A DNA stretch of 64,000 nt from Eledone cirrhosa. Its lineage: Eukaryota. The position numbers were made by a program, and so were the translations under genes. The notes beneath the pieces are model-generated. The model was not told the DNA's origin and ran no database searches. It was given only the letters and a program-made list of their open reading frames with translations. The DNA lies in the NCBI GenBank assembly GCA_964016885.1, contig OZ024743.1, positions 24,242,001 through 24,306,000 on the forward strand, read 5' to 3'. This document shows positions 11,506-23,766 of this stretch, piece after piece. Positions within the stretch are counted from its first letter, which is position 1. Each line of letters starts with the position of its first letter.

Positions 11506-12861
11506 AGCATAAAAATAAAGCATGATCAAAATACAAGGAATGAAATAAAATTAAATATAAAAGCATGATCAAAATAAACTGAGATTAAAAGGGGGTAAAA
11601 CAGGTGGTGGAAGGGTGTGGGATGTGTAGGGGTGGTGGCGGGTGGAGTGGGGAGAGGGAGACGGGGTGTACGAGCGGGGAGGGCTGAAGGTGGTGTGTGT
11701 GTGTAGGTGTACGTGTGTGTGTGTGTGTGTGTATGTGAAAGTAAGGGTTGGGGGAAGAGCGGGGTTGCATGTTCAGGAAGAGGTGTGTGTGTGTGGGGGG
11801 GGGGGGTCGGAGTGTCTGTGCGCGTGTGGATAGAGGGGTGGGGGAGAGGAATCAGGAGGCTGAGGGTGTAAATATGTGGTGGAAAGCACGTGTGTGTGGG
11901 GTTTAAGCGTGTTGTGGGTGTAGGAGGCGTGTGGAGAAAAAAATTGTTGGGGGTGTGTGTGTGGGTGAGTTATATAGGTGATTCCGTAAGAGGATGGTTG
12001 AAAAGTTGGTAAAATCCTATGATGTTTAGTGGATTCTGTGGTGGTCAAGTTCCACATACGAGTATTCCATGAAGAGATGGTCGGAAGAGGAGAGATATAG
12101 GGTGCGCGCGCAACAGGAAGTGGTCAAGCAGTAGGAGTGCTGTGTGTCTGTTTGTGCTGGGAGGTGGTCAGAGGGCATAGCAGCAGTCGGTGGAATGGTA
12201 AAGGGGCGAGGATGGGTAGGTGTGAAAGTTGGGGTGGGGAGGGGGGGTGTATTAGTAGAGGTGTTAGTGGGATGAGTGAGTGTGGAGCGAGGGTGTGGGG
12301 GGAGCGGGGAGAGAAGGGTGTGTGTAGTTCTATGGAGGGAGTGTGGTGTACTGGTGTGTGTGTAGTTTGATGAAGGGGTGTTAGTGGGTGTTAGTATACG
12401 GGAGGTGGGGAAGGGTTGAATGCAGGTGTGAGTGGGGGTTAGTGGTGGTAGGGTGTGTAGAGTTGGTGGTGTACGAGGGTGTGTGGGTACGTGTGCGTGG
12501 GGTTGGGGGGTGTTAGTGATGTTAGTTGCGTGTGGGGTGGGTGGTGTAAGTGGGTGCGTGTGTTCGTGTGCTTGGGGTCAGGGGGTGTTAATGAGGTTAG
12601 TTGCGGGGTGGTGGGATGGAGGTGTGGGGTGAGAGGTGTGGGGGTGAGGGTTAGTGGTGGTAGTAGGATGTGTGTTTAGTGTGAGCGCGTGTATATATGT
12701 GCCGGTGGGTGTGTGCGTGTGATAAGGAGGGGGAGGAGGAGAAGAAGGGAGGGATGTTAGTATGTTAGTTGGGGAAGGGTGGTCGGATGAGGGGTGGAGT
12801 GGAGGTGTCAGTATTGTTACTTGTGGGGTGGGCGGTGAAAAGGAGGGGTGTGTTAGTGGTG

Positions 12862-15651
12862 TTAGTGGGGGATAAGTGTGGGGGGAGGGGGCGGTCGAAG
12901 GCTCAAGGAATAAGGGTGGGGAGTTCAGGCTGGGGGGAGTGTGGGTCTGTAAGATGAAGATAGTTCTTTGTTCGACTCTAAGACGATTGGCGGGTGTTCC
13001 GTGGCATTGGAGTAGGCCACAGACTGTGAGATGGCGTGCGGAATGTCCAGGGCCACCAAAGTGGCGGGCGATGGGGGAACTACCACCGAGACGAATATCC
13101 CGGAGGTGCTCAGTGAATCGGTCCGCCAGGCGACGTCCCGTCTGTCCGACATAAGTCGCGCTGCACTCCGAGCAGCGAAGTCCGTAGACTAGGATGGAGG
13201 AGGTGCAGCGGAAGGCAATGCGGACAGAGAGAGAGAGTGGCTGTTGGGACCCTGGAAGGTGGTGGTGTTGGTGATGTGGGGACAGGTGTTGCAGCAGGGC
13301 CTAGAACAGGGAAAGGAACCGGGGGGGGGGACAGAGTGTGGGTTGGGGGGTAGGGAGCTCTGGACGAGGAGGGTGCGGAGATTGCGTGCGCGTTTGAAGG
13401 AGGGGAGTGGTGGGGTTGGGAAGATGTGGGAGGTGGAGGGGTCGGACTGGAGGCGTCGGAAGAGGCGGCGGATGGTGCGGTGGAGGGGTAAGGTGGAGGG
13501 GTGGTAGGTGATGGGGAAGGGTAGACGGTGGGTGGGTGTGCGGTGGCGTGGGGTGATGGTGGTGGAGCGGTGGACAGCACGGGTGCGGGTGAGAGCGGTG
13601 TGGACGAGAGAGGGGGGTAACCTCTGCGGATGAAATGGCTGACTAGGGAAAGAGCCTGGGACTCGAAGTCAGCATCTCGGCTACAGAGGGGGCGGATCCT
13701 GAGAAGTTGGGAGTAGGGAATGGAGTGTTTAGTGTGGGTGGGAAGAGGTGAAGTCAAGGTAAGAGTGGGAGTCGGTGGGTTTGAAGAAGGCGGAGGTGAC
13801 GAGGGAGTGGTGGGAGGGGTCGAAGGCGACGGAGATGTCTAAGAAGTGGGCGTGGGTGGTGGAGATAGAGGTGGTGAAGTGGAGGGAGGGGTGGAAGGAG
13901 CAGAAGAATGAGAGAAAGGAGTCGAGCTGTTCTCGGGTGAGGGTTGTGGCTCCGATACAGTCGTCAATGTAACGACCGTACAGTTCGGGCGTGGGGCCGG
14001 TGTACTGGGCAAAGATTTGGGCCTCAAAATGGCCAACAAAAAGGTTGGCATATTTCAGGCCCATTCTTGTACCCATGGCTACCCCCGTGACCTGTTGGTA
14101 AAACTCACCCGAGAAGGAGAAACAATTGAGGGTGAGGACCAGCTCGGCGAGGCGAAGGAGGGTGGGGGTGGAGGGAATGGGGGAGGGGCGAAGGTCGAGG
14201 TAGTGTTTGAGGGCGCGTAGGCCGTCGGCGTGGGGGTATGACGGTATAGAGGGACTTGATGTCTAGGGTGAAGAGGAAGGGCTGTGGGCCGTGTGGGTAG
14301 GTGAAGGAGTCGAAAAGGCGCAGGGCATGGTTGGTGTCGGAGATGTGGGAGGGGAGGGTGGTGACAAGGGGGGCGAGGATGGAGTCGAAAAAGGCGGAGA
14401 TGAGTTCGGTGGGGCAGTTGCAAGCGGAGACGATGGGGCGGCCGGGGTTGTCGGGTTTGTGGAGTTTGGGGAGGAAGTAGATGGTGTGGGTGCGGGGGGG
14501 TGATGAGATGGGAAGCGGTGGGGGGGGGGGCGATAAGGTCTTTGATGGTGGAGGAGACTTGTTGTTGGTAGAGGGGGTGGGTGGGATCGAAGGGTAGAGG
14601 GCGGTAGAAGAGTGGGTTACAGAGCTGCCTGAGGGCTTCGGCCGTGTAGAGGTCCGCGCGCCACACCACTACGGCGCCTCCCTTGTCCGCCGGTTTGATG
14701 ACGATGTCATCTCGGCTACGGAGGGAGCGGAGAGCGAGGAGTTCGCCCCGTGAGATATTGTACCGTTTGGAACGATGGCGGAAGTCGAAACGATTTACTG
14801 CGCTACAGTTGGCATCGACGAAGGCGTCCAGGGTGCTAAATTGCCCTGGGGCCGGCGTCCAAGAAGATGGTCGTCGGCCCAGGGCGAGAAACGGGTCTGG
14901 GGCGTCCGGAGCCGGTGGCGTTCGGCCGAAATGTGCCTGTAGCTTAGTGCGTCGCACGAATCGCTCGACTTCCGTTCGGGTGTGGGGTATGAAGCGAAGG
15001 CCTCTACTAAGGAGTGAGCGCTCAGGTGCGGAGAGGTGGAGGTCAGGGGGTATGGTGACAACAAGTGGTGGGGTTTGGGTGTTTGGGGGGAGGGAGGGTG
15101 GGGTGGGGGGAGATCGGGTAGGGGTGTGGGTCGACGGAGAGGTGGAGAGTGGTGGGCGTATGGGGATGGGCGGGTGGTGGTGGATGGGGTGGTTGGGAGG
15201 AGTGAGTGTAGCTTGCGGGCTTTGGTGGAGCTGAGGAAGGAGAAGAGGTTGTGGTTGAGGTTTTGGATGAAGGAGAGGATGGCTTGGGCGAGGAGGGGGT
15301 GACAGGTGGAGTTAAGGCGGAGGAGGGTGGGGGTCAGTTGGTGGTCAAGTTGGCGGAGGGTGGAACGGGTGGCGCGGATGGAGTTGCGCATCAGGAGGCG
15401 TGAGGATCGGGTGAGGATACGTTGCGTGGAGGGGGAAGCGGCGGGGGAAGGGTGGAAGTGTAGACGGAAGCCGAGGGGGATAAGGTGGAGGCGGAGGCAG
15501 TGGCTGAGGAAATGGATGTGGCTGGAGTGCCGGGTTTTGGCGAAGAGATGGTAGGAGAATTGAAGGGCAAAGGGGAGGTCGCAGGGGGGGGGGGCAGGAA
15601 AAGTTTGAGGCGATTATGTAGTTGGTGGAGAAAGGATCTCAGGCTGGGCAT
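12862..15651 (-). pseudogene. PLE polyprotein (N-terminal domain, RT, Cys linker, GIY-YIG endonuclease), frameshifted
   Basis: Motifs across frames: HIHFLSHCLRLHLIPLGF, IKPADKGGAVVVW, GVAMGTRMG..YANLF, YGRYIDDCI, FLDI, KPTDSHSYLDFTSSHP, SIPYSQLLRIR, RGYP, CSRPCCNTCPHI, LVYGLRCSECSATYVGQTGRRLADRFTEH. Several frameshifts lie in or near G/C homopolymer runs. Confidence 0.9.
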
Positions 15652-15819
15652 GGCGGGCGTTGGGTGAAAGCAGGGGGAGGGATGAGAAAGCAGATGTTTC
15701 ACGCCATAACCGAGGTAAGCACCGGCCTATTGAACCTCCGGGCTTGGAACAGACTTTAGATATCAACCATTTGAGCAGCTTTCTTATCGGACACCGACCT
15801 TCGTGGTACCGTATTTCTA

Positions 15820-15990
15820 AGTACTTAGTACTACCCTACATATTTATAGTTATATCAAACATATATAAATATAAAAATAAATATTATTATATATATCTTC
15901 AACTATCTATCACTTTCTTCCAACCTAGTTATACACATGTATACATGTGTGCATGCGTATGTATAACTGTTGCCTCTATAAGAAGTCGTG

Positions 15991-16031
<41 letters not shown>

Positions 16032-16331
16032 CGAGCTGAACTGAGTGGATACGTTGTGCACATGTGTGTATATTGTTGTTTGTTTTGATTTCTGTCAGAA
16101 ATGTCTATTTAACTTTTGATATATATATAGTTGAAAATAGGTGATACACGACTTCTTATAGAGGCAACAGTTATACATACACATGCACACATGTATACAT
16201 GTGTATAACTAGGTTGGAAGAAAGTGATAGATAGTTGAAGATATATATATATATATATATATAATAATATTTATTTTTATATTTATATATGTTTGATATA
16301 ACTATAAATATGTAGGGTAGTACTAAGTACT
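15820..16331. repeat. ~175-bp inverted repeat (arms 15820-15992 and 16145-16331)
   Basis: AGTACTTAGTACTACCCTACA..AGAAGTCGTGTA is mirrored by TACACGACTTCT..TGTAGGGTAGTACTAAGTACT. The arms differ mainly in the length of an internal (TA)n. Confidence 0.9.
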
Positions 16332-16389
16332 AGCCGGTTACCGGTATGACAAAAGTCTCAATGCAAATTTTCGAGTGTTTTATAGAGCC

Positions 16390-16453
<64 letters not shown>

Positions 16454-16533
16454 GAAAGTAGAAATTATTATGAGCGTGAAGGCAACAGTATTTCATAATA
16501 TATAAGTGACTATAACGTCAAAATGGAAAAAAA

Positions 16534-16564
<31 letters not shown>

Positions 16565-16689
16565 TAGAGAGAGAGAGCTGGAGAGAAAGAAAAAGAGAGA
16601 GATTTGTGAGTGTTTCAAATGTTTTATCTGATTGTATGAGAGGATCGCATGTAGGCTGGGGTACGAGGTTTGCTGAGTTTTTCACATAA

Positions 16690-17110
16690 CAACAACCCCT
16701 TTAATGTCATTTTCCTTGGTAAATGTTGGCATTGCGGGCCCTATGACAAGCTTCTACACTTTGCCATATCGACTGCATACCCATTCAACAACACGTTGGC
16801 TTTCATTCCTTCCCTCTTCACTCCGAGACGTGTATTTTTGTTGGTCTTACTTCTTTTAACTCCCTCCACATTTATTTCCATTTTTCCTCTCACCCATTTA
16901 CTCTCATTCTTCCTCAGCATATAACCTTACAATCTCATTCCATTTCTCTACGTAAGTCATCGCTGGTTCTATTCCAATCATTCTCTACAATTCATTGTTT
17001 GTCTTCCCCCTTTCTGAGCAATATTCCACTCATCTATTGACCCTTTCTAATTTCTGCTTTTTCTACTCATCTCGACAGCTCCATGTTCGGGATTATTAGC
17101 GTATATCCCC
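16690..17110 (-). mobile_element. degraded RTE-clade LINE 3' remnant
   Basis: Minus-strand translation fragments NNEL.RMIGIEP and GYMLRKNESKWVRGKMEINVEGVKRS resemble the RTE C-terminal WYGHVLR..VEG..RGRP region. Confidence 0.45.
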
Positions 17111-17414
17111 GATGAGTCGATTCCCATAAATCACGGCATTTCTCACACATGCAGCATACATCGTACCCTTCTGTTTCAATGACACGCCTAATTAACTCAC
17201 CACTCAGTCACAGAAATTCATCCAATGTTTTACGTATTGGCCGTCATAAACAACAATTAAAATACACAGCAAATTGACCAATTTACTTATGAATGACCAC
17301 TAAGTGAAACGGAAAACTAACTTTCTCATTATTAAGCTGATGTTTGGAACAAAACCTCGTTCATAAAATTACGGTGGAAGAGTTTTAAATACACTTTAAA
17401 AGAAACAGTATTCT

Positions 17415-17550
17415 CGGCGAGATTTGCCATTCTGAGTTCAAATCCCGCCGAGGTTAACTTTGCCTTTCATCCTTACGGGGTCGATAAAATAAAGTACCAG
17501 TAATGTACTGGGTAATTTCTGGCCTTGTGCCAATAGTAGAAACAATTATA
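17415..17550 (+). mobile_element. SINE-A copy, 5' truncated
   Basis: Near-consensus from B-box to tail. Confidence 0.85.
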
Positions 17551-17709
17551 TTTTAGAACCATTTTCGGGGTTTGGTATCAAAAGTGGTTATAGCTTTCCA
17601 AAGTAGATTTCACTGCCAATGTTAGATTGCAGAATGCAATAATTAAAAAACCTTTTCTTCGATATATATTTTATCAAATATTAATCTTTGTAAATCTGAA
17701 TTTACTTGC

Positions 17710-18290
17710 ATCTTAGTAGCCACTAAGCTTTGTGGAGGAATGTTTTGCTTCCCCTTTAAATAGCATAGTAGGAAAAGACAGAAGAGGAAGAGAGAGAGAG
17801 AGTAGGAAAAAGGCAGTCGAGATTGAAGGCATTGGTATTTCTGGGTGACTGGATCGGTGCTTTAGAAGCGCACTGGTATCCTGTGGAAGTAACGATTAGA
17901 GTTGAGAGGTGGAGTACCCGAGGCTCTTAAATCTATTCAGGCCTTTTCAACTGTCTGACACATATTGATTAATTTATTTGGCTGCGAAGGGGTGTACATT
18001 GGCAGCTTACAGTGGATCAACCCGATCATACTTAGGTTTTCCTTTGGACGAACTAGGGATATCGTATTTTGCCCACATTTACTCGTGGGTAGTTTAACGG
18101 ACCAACTATTTTCAATCTGCATAGTCAACCAGAGAAGAGGTATAAACAGCAACCGACTTCCTGAAAGATAAACACGACGTTTATGGAAAAGAAAGCATAC
18201 AGAGATCAGATTATCGAACTCGTTAAATGGAACTTGTATAGAGGAACATATAGATAACAGATACTATATGGGTTTAGGAAGGAAAATTAC
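17710..18290 (+). mobile_element. old Tx1-type ORF2 endonuclease fragment
   Basis: LVFLGDWIGALEAHW vs LVLVGDWNGMLDARW; CPHLLVGSLTDQLF vs CPQFKIVSYTDHKF; KAYRDQIIELVK vs KAYRDRISELVK in the full-length element. Confidence 0.7.
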
Positions 18291-18461
18291 AGTTGAGTCA
18301 CTAAGTTATAGTATTCTTGTTACCAATCCTATTAGGGTTAATTTTGCCTTCCGTGGTCGATAATATAAAGTATCAATCAAATACTGGGTTCGATTGAATC
18401 AACTGTTCCTTTCTCCCCCAACATGCTGACCTTATACCTAAATAGAAAACGTTATTATAAT

Positions 18462-18638
18462 TGTTTCTTCTTTTAACACAAAGCCAGCAATTACCCCAGT
18501 ATATTACTGGTACTTTATTTTATCGACCCCGTAAGGATGAAAGGCAAAGTTAACCTCGGCGGGATTTGAACTGAGGTCATACAGGACCATAACTCTTTGC
18601 TGCAAAGCATGGCGTCCGACCCTCTCCAATCCACCACC
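18462..18638 (-). mobile_element. SINE-A copy inserted in the tail of an older, oppositely oriented SINE (~18330-18460)
   Basis: Consensus match; 14-bp TSD AACGTTATTATAAT at 18448-18461 and 18639-18652. Confidence 0.85.
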
Positions 18639-19599
18639 AACGTTATTATAATAATCATTGATATATCGATCATGAATCACTCACTTAACCTTCATTAACA
18701 TTTTCCAAATCTCTTAACATTATTACTGACTTTTCATGTCCCACTCTTTCGTTTTATCGTTCTATCTATCGTTTTGTCATCATTTCCTCCTCATAGTTTC
18801 TATCCTAATTTATTTATTTCTCTTAGTTTTCTATCTTTTCCCTATCTTTCTCTCTTTTTTCGCTTTCTGTTTTACTTAACTTCATTTTTTTCTGCCTTCA
18901 TTTTTTAATTTTTATTTTTGTTGTTTCTTTATTTTTCCTTTGCCTTCTTCACTTCTACCTTTTTCTTTCTTTTTTCTTTCTCACTTTTATTCTTCCTTTT
19001 CTTATTATTCTTTCTTTCTTTCTTTCGTCTAATCTTTTCTTGTTACTGTTTTCTTTCTGTTTTTCTTTATCTATTTCTCCCTTCTCTTCTTCCTGTTTTC
19101 TTTATATCATTAATTCTTATTCTCTTTCTTTAACAACTCTCTTTTATTTATGTATTTTTTACCCTTTCTCATATCCTTTCCTATTTTTTTTACATTTCTT
19201 ACTTTATTTTCATTCTTATTTTTTCTTTTTTGTTCCTCCTTTGCTCATCCCTCTCCCTCTTTCATTTGTTCTTCCTTTCATTGTGGTATTTTATTCTTTT
19301 GATGAATCTTTCATCGTGTTCCTTTGTGTTGTTATTTACCCTGTTGTTGTTGTTGTTTATACTTTACTTTTGCATTTTCTTATTGTTTCTTTTAATGTTA
19401 TAATTATTAGCATCTGCTGGTGGTGGCGTTGCTGTTATTTTTGTTTTGTATAAATGACGTACTTATTATGGCTGTTGTTATTATTATAGGTGTTGCGGTT
19501 GTTGATGTTAATAGTGTGGTTTTTATCATTGGTGTTCTGAGTCATTACCGCTGTTTATGTTACTCTACTTCTACTATTAGAGACCTCCCCAAGAGTGGC

Positions 19600-21148
19600 T
19601 TGTTGGTTATCATCGATATCCTATGTTTATCTGTCACTTTTACCTGATAATAACCCTCTGTAAAAAGTCATGGTTGAGTTTCCACCGATCGAACTGCCAG
19701 ATTGGCAGAGGGCAGTGACCGCTTCAACGCATTCCAGTTTCCAAGCGCTGCCTCTCGGTCTCCGCTGGACACATGACTGCAGCTCCATCAAGGAGACGAG
19801 CTGGGGAAACACCTATCGTTGATGGCCACCACATCTATGTCCAGTGACCTGATGTTGTTGGGAAGGTGGCCCTGCTTCCATGATGACGTCAGGTTACCCG
19901 CATTTACACTGTCTATCTTGAGTGATGGCCATGTTCAATGTAGAGGTGGAAAAAGTGGGAAGCGCTACAGATGTATACCTCTTTTTTAGGAAGGACAGTT
20001 GATCCCTCCTTCTGGCTAGTTGTGTGATCCTAGACAACAATGCCAGTGTAGATTATTTTAGAGAGTGTCCCACGGAAGTCTTCAATTACTTAGTCTCTGG
20101 CCACTGTAGTAAGGGACTAACATGATCTCTTCACTTTTTAGGAGTGCTAGGGAATGAGATCTTGCTTCCTCTTCTGCAGCACAGCTTAACTCCACCTTGC
20201 CAAGACACCTACATCTTTAGATGTAAGTTTTTAGAAACCTAAAACTTCTTTGTTTTTGAGCCACTGTTATTCTCCCTACTTGCCTTGTTTTTAAACCAAC
20301 AATATGTTACCTCCCCTTGCGACGAAGCGTATTTTGGATTGTGTCAACAGGAGTGTTGAGGTTGACAATATGATTGGCTCTTTCCATCAGCTGTCTAGCC
20401 TGTTGTACCTGTTCCTCAGGGTAAGTTACTTTATAGAATGAGAGTCTCGTAGCACTAGCCAAATATATCTTACCGCTAGTGGTGGCATTTTCAGCTTGTT
20501 TGCCGGATGGCTCGTTATTGTTGCTGCAGTTGCTGCTATTATTGTTGTTATTGCTGTTGTTGTTATTGTTGTTGTTGTGGTCGTTGTTTCTGCTACTGTT
20601 GTTGTTCAGACTTTTACAAATGAGCGACTCTATTTTGTTGTGGTTGCTATCGCTTTTGTTCTTTTTGTTATCGTTGTTGATGGTCATGTTCCTACTTTCC
20701 TGTTGTTGTTGTTGTTGTTGTTACTGTTGCTGTTATTTATGTTGCTGCGGTCCAAGTTTGAAAAGCTTTCTTTCATATTGTTTAAAGTAACAATACGATT
20801 TTGTTCATTTTCTTCACAAATACTGACATCGATCAACATTTGTGTTGTAGGTGTTGAACGTTTCTCCCTCCCTCTTTGCGATCTTTTATCGCCCCCTCTC
20901 GTTTTATACGCGGTATCCATTATTTTTTTTTTTCAAAAAATATGTTGAAGTAAACTTTATACTTTTTACTTTTTCCCGTAGGGAAGCTCGCTCCAAATTC
21001 AATAACACCACCTGCAACTAGCAGGCTAGTTTCCTTAAGCTTTGTCAAGTTTAAAACTTGAACAAAATGTTGAGGTCGGTGAAACAAATTAAAAGTCCAG
21101 AAAATGTCCACGGAGCTGAAGTGAAGCGTGGCTTCCACTTCAGAGGTC
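19600..21148 (-). mobile_element. internally deleted Tx1-type LINE (5' UTR, decayed ORF1, ORF2 start joined to a late ORF2 segment)
   Basis: 5' end GACCT..AGCTCCG resembles the 24443 element. ORF1-like EEQVQQARQLM vs QEDLENAKQMV. ORF1/ORF2 junction and ORF2 start (SWKQGHL..SLDIDVVAI) at 19817-19990 are joined directly to FPQLVSLMELQS..GKSD (19627-19812). Confidence 0.8.
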
Positions 21149-21592
21149 AATAATAATGATTTCTGATTTAGGCACAAGGCCAGCAATTTGAAGGGGTGGG
21201 GGAAAGTCGATTAAATGCACCCCAGTATGTTACTGGAGCTTTATTTATCGACCTCGTAAGGATTAAAGGCAAACCTAACCTCAGTGGGATTAGAACTCAG
21301 AAATAAAGGGTTGTAACTCTATGCCACAAAGCATGTTGTCCGACACTCTACCGATGCTGCCAATTCACCGCCCTCAAATAATAATTTTTTTTACTTTAGG
21401 CACAAGGCCAATAATTTTAGAAAAGTGTAAAGTTGATTAAATCGACCCCAATGCATTACTAGTCCTTTATTTTAACGACCCCGTAAAGGATGAAAGGCAA
21501 AGCTAACCTCGGCGGGATTTCAACTCAGAGCGTAAAGGTAAGTAACTCTATGTCACAAAACATGTTGTTTGACGCTCTATCGATACTGCTAA
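21149..21592 (-). mobile_element. two tandem SINE-A copies (long variant)
   Basis: Two consecutive consensus matches, 21149-21375 and 21378-21592. Confidence 0.85.
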
Positions 21593-21779
21593 TAATAAAA
21601 ATAATTACAATGGTATCTAATTTAGACACAAACCCTTTAATTTGGAGAAAGGAGAAGTCTATTATATAGACCCCAGTTGACATTGGCTAGATCTAAATCC
21701 TAAACGTAAAGAGCCAGATCAAATATTATCTCAGTAGTTGACTGGTATTTTATATATCGATCCCGGCTAAATGAAATAC

Positions 21780-23075
21780 AAGGCCAGACGCTAAACAAAC
21801 AAAACATACCGCTTGATTCTGTTGAAGTCAGCATAACGTTTTTTATGATGAACATAATAGTTAACTTGATCTGTCTCACATAATACAGCAGCTGCGTGAC
21901 ATGAGCCACGGACAGGCGAATCACAGGTACATGCCATCTAGTGCAAGTTTTGTTTTCACTATCATGTATGTTGTTTCCTAGAACTGCCATATCTATACAT
22001 CATGTCTTGCCGTGGAAGTGCCTCATGTACTACCAAGATGAACATTTCTGGAAGTTATACATAATGTTCGATCCTAAAGATCAACAGATATATCTCCAAA
22101 ATGTTTCATTGTTCATACCCAAATAAATTCCCAGGCCATCATCTATCGTGCCGTCTACTAATCTAGTCCAACGAAGGTGCATCTATATCTATGTAGCCTC
22201 TTAAGTCATAGAAATAGATGCCAAATGTTCCTTAAATCACACCCCCTCATTTATTAATATATACCTTGATATACAAACTTTTCAGACGTTCAAAACTGAA
22301 TCACTTTTGACTATCAATCTGTTCGATCAGATTCGCTTGTGGTATAAACAACAATAGCTAATTTTCTTTATAAGACAAGATTTGCTGACAACATCACAGA
22401 TGATGGAGTGTAAAATACTCCAGGTAAAAGCTTCCGCTCTTGAATTTAACCTCTATCCAAAACATTTCAAAGATACAATATGAGGGAAAGAACATGACAT
22501 TGACTTAACTTCGAGGAATATTTTCAGATACTGTAAATTTAGAAAGTTACAACGTACCACCAAAGAAGGCATGTCAAGATGCCCGTAAAAAATATAGATG
22601 CTCAAATCCTTTCTGCATACTGGTAAATATCAGTTCTACAACAACTGAATTGCAAGAGCAATAATTGAGTCCATAAGCGCTTGTAGGCCAGCAAAGCATT
22701 GTACGCGTTGACCACATCTATTCAATCTTTCAGGTATAGCTTTGAAGTTGCTCTTCCCTGCATAGCAGTTATTCACCAGGACGATCGGTCCAATCCAGAC
22801 GCAAAGTAATCTATCGAAGCCATCTCTTAAATGATAAACATTCGGAATTCATACGGAGAACATTCGGAATTGATAACCCCACTGATTGGAGGAAAGTTCA
22901 AACTTTTTATTTTTTATTTATCTTCGCTCCTGTCATTTCTTTAGATTGAGTTTGCTTCGTACATGTATTACTTTTAATATCAAAGCATCCCGTGTGAAGA
23001 CTGCTATGTCGACATGACCGGAATACCCTACTAATCTCTGCCAGATCTAAGGGGATGCCCTTCAAAATACTTGAC
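21780..23075 (-). mobile_element. old, heavily degraded Tx1-type ORF2 3' half, interrupted at ~22180-22360
   Basis: Minus-strand fragments LKGIPLDL, MTGAKINK, SVGL, CVWIGP, KLYLKD*IDVVNAY and MYNFQKCSSW..ALPRQDMMYRYG are colinear with LRGVPREL, VTGAMINQEKSVGL, GVWFGP, KLSLKGRAQVANAY and MDNFQKSLAW..ALPVRDKLYRHG. Confidence 0.7.
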
Positions 23076-23084
23076 ATTTTTAGT

Positions 23085-23701
23085 TTTTAGTTCAAATCCT
23101 GCCAAGGTCACGTTTGTCTTTCATCTTTCTGGGTTCGATAAAAGAAAATAACAGTCAAATACTGAGTTCGATGAAATCGACGTTTCCATGTCCTGCAAAT
23201 TTCTGACCTTGTTTGTGCTAGAAACCATTATCTATTCCCCCTTTTTACATTCTGAATGCGAGTCCTAATCAGGTAAATTTTGCCCTTCATCCCTCCGGAA
23301 TTGATAAAATGAACAATTGAGGGATTATGTTTGAGCTAGAATTTAACATTAAGAGCAGTAGTTTGGTAATAACTTATTTGCCGTATTAAATTAAGGCCGT
23401 TTACGTTCTGAGTTTAAATCCTATCAATGAAGTATGAAGTACATTGTATTCTTCTACCATCGTTAAAATGAAATACCATCCAAGTACTGAATTCGTTTTA
23501 ATCAACTAAACCCTCGACATTGCTGGTCTTGTCCCTGAGTACAAAACCCTTATTTGTGTTATCATCATCTTCATCAATATATTTTTGTCGTTTCCTCCTT
23601 TTGTTACTGAATCTGCTTGCCTTTCATCCTTACGGGGTCGATAAAATAAAGTACCAGTAATGTACTGGGTAATTGCTGGCCTTGTGCCAATAGTAGAAAC
23701 A

Positions 23702-23705
<4 letters not shown>
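23085..23705 (+). mobile_element. cluster of degenerate SINE-A copies ending in a young 3' fragment (23617-23705) with an (ATT)n tail
   Basis: Repeated TTCATC..GATAAAA cores; the last fragment matches consensus. Confidence 0.7.
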
Positions 23706-23758
<53 letters not shown>

Positions 23759-23766
23759 GTTATTAC

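Larger units (their letters stand above)
11382..15820 (-). mobile_element. Penelope-like retroelement (Neptune-type), near full length
   Basis: RT + GIY-YIG ORF, long C-rich 3' region, a 3' hammerhead motif, and a 3' end abutting (TA)n at 11322-11381. Confidence 0.92.
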
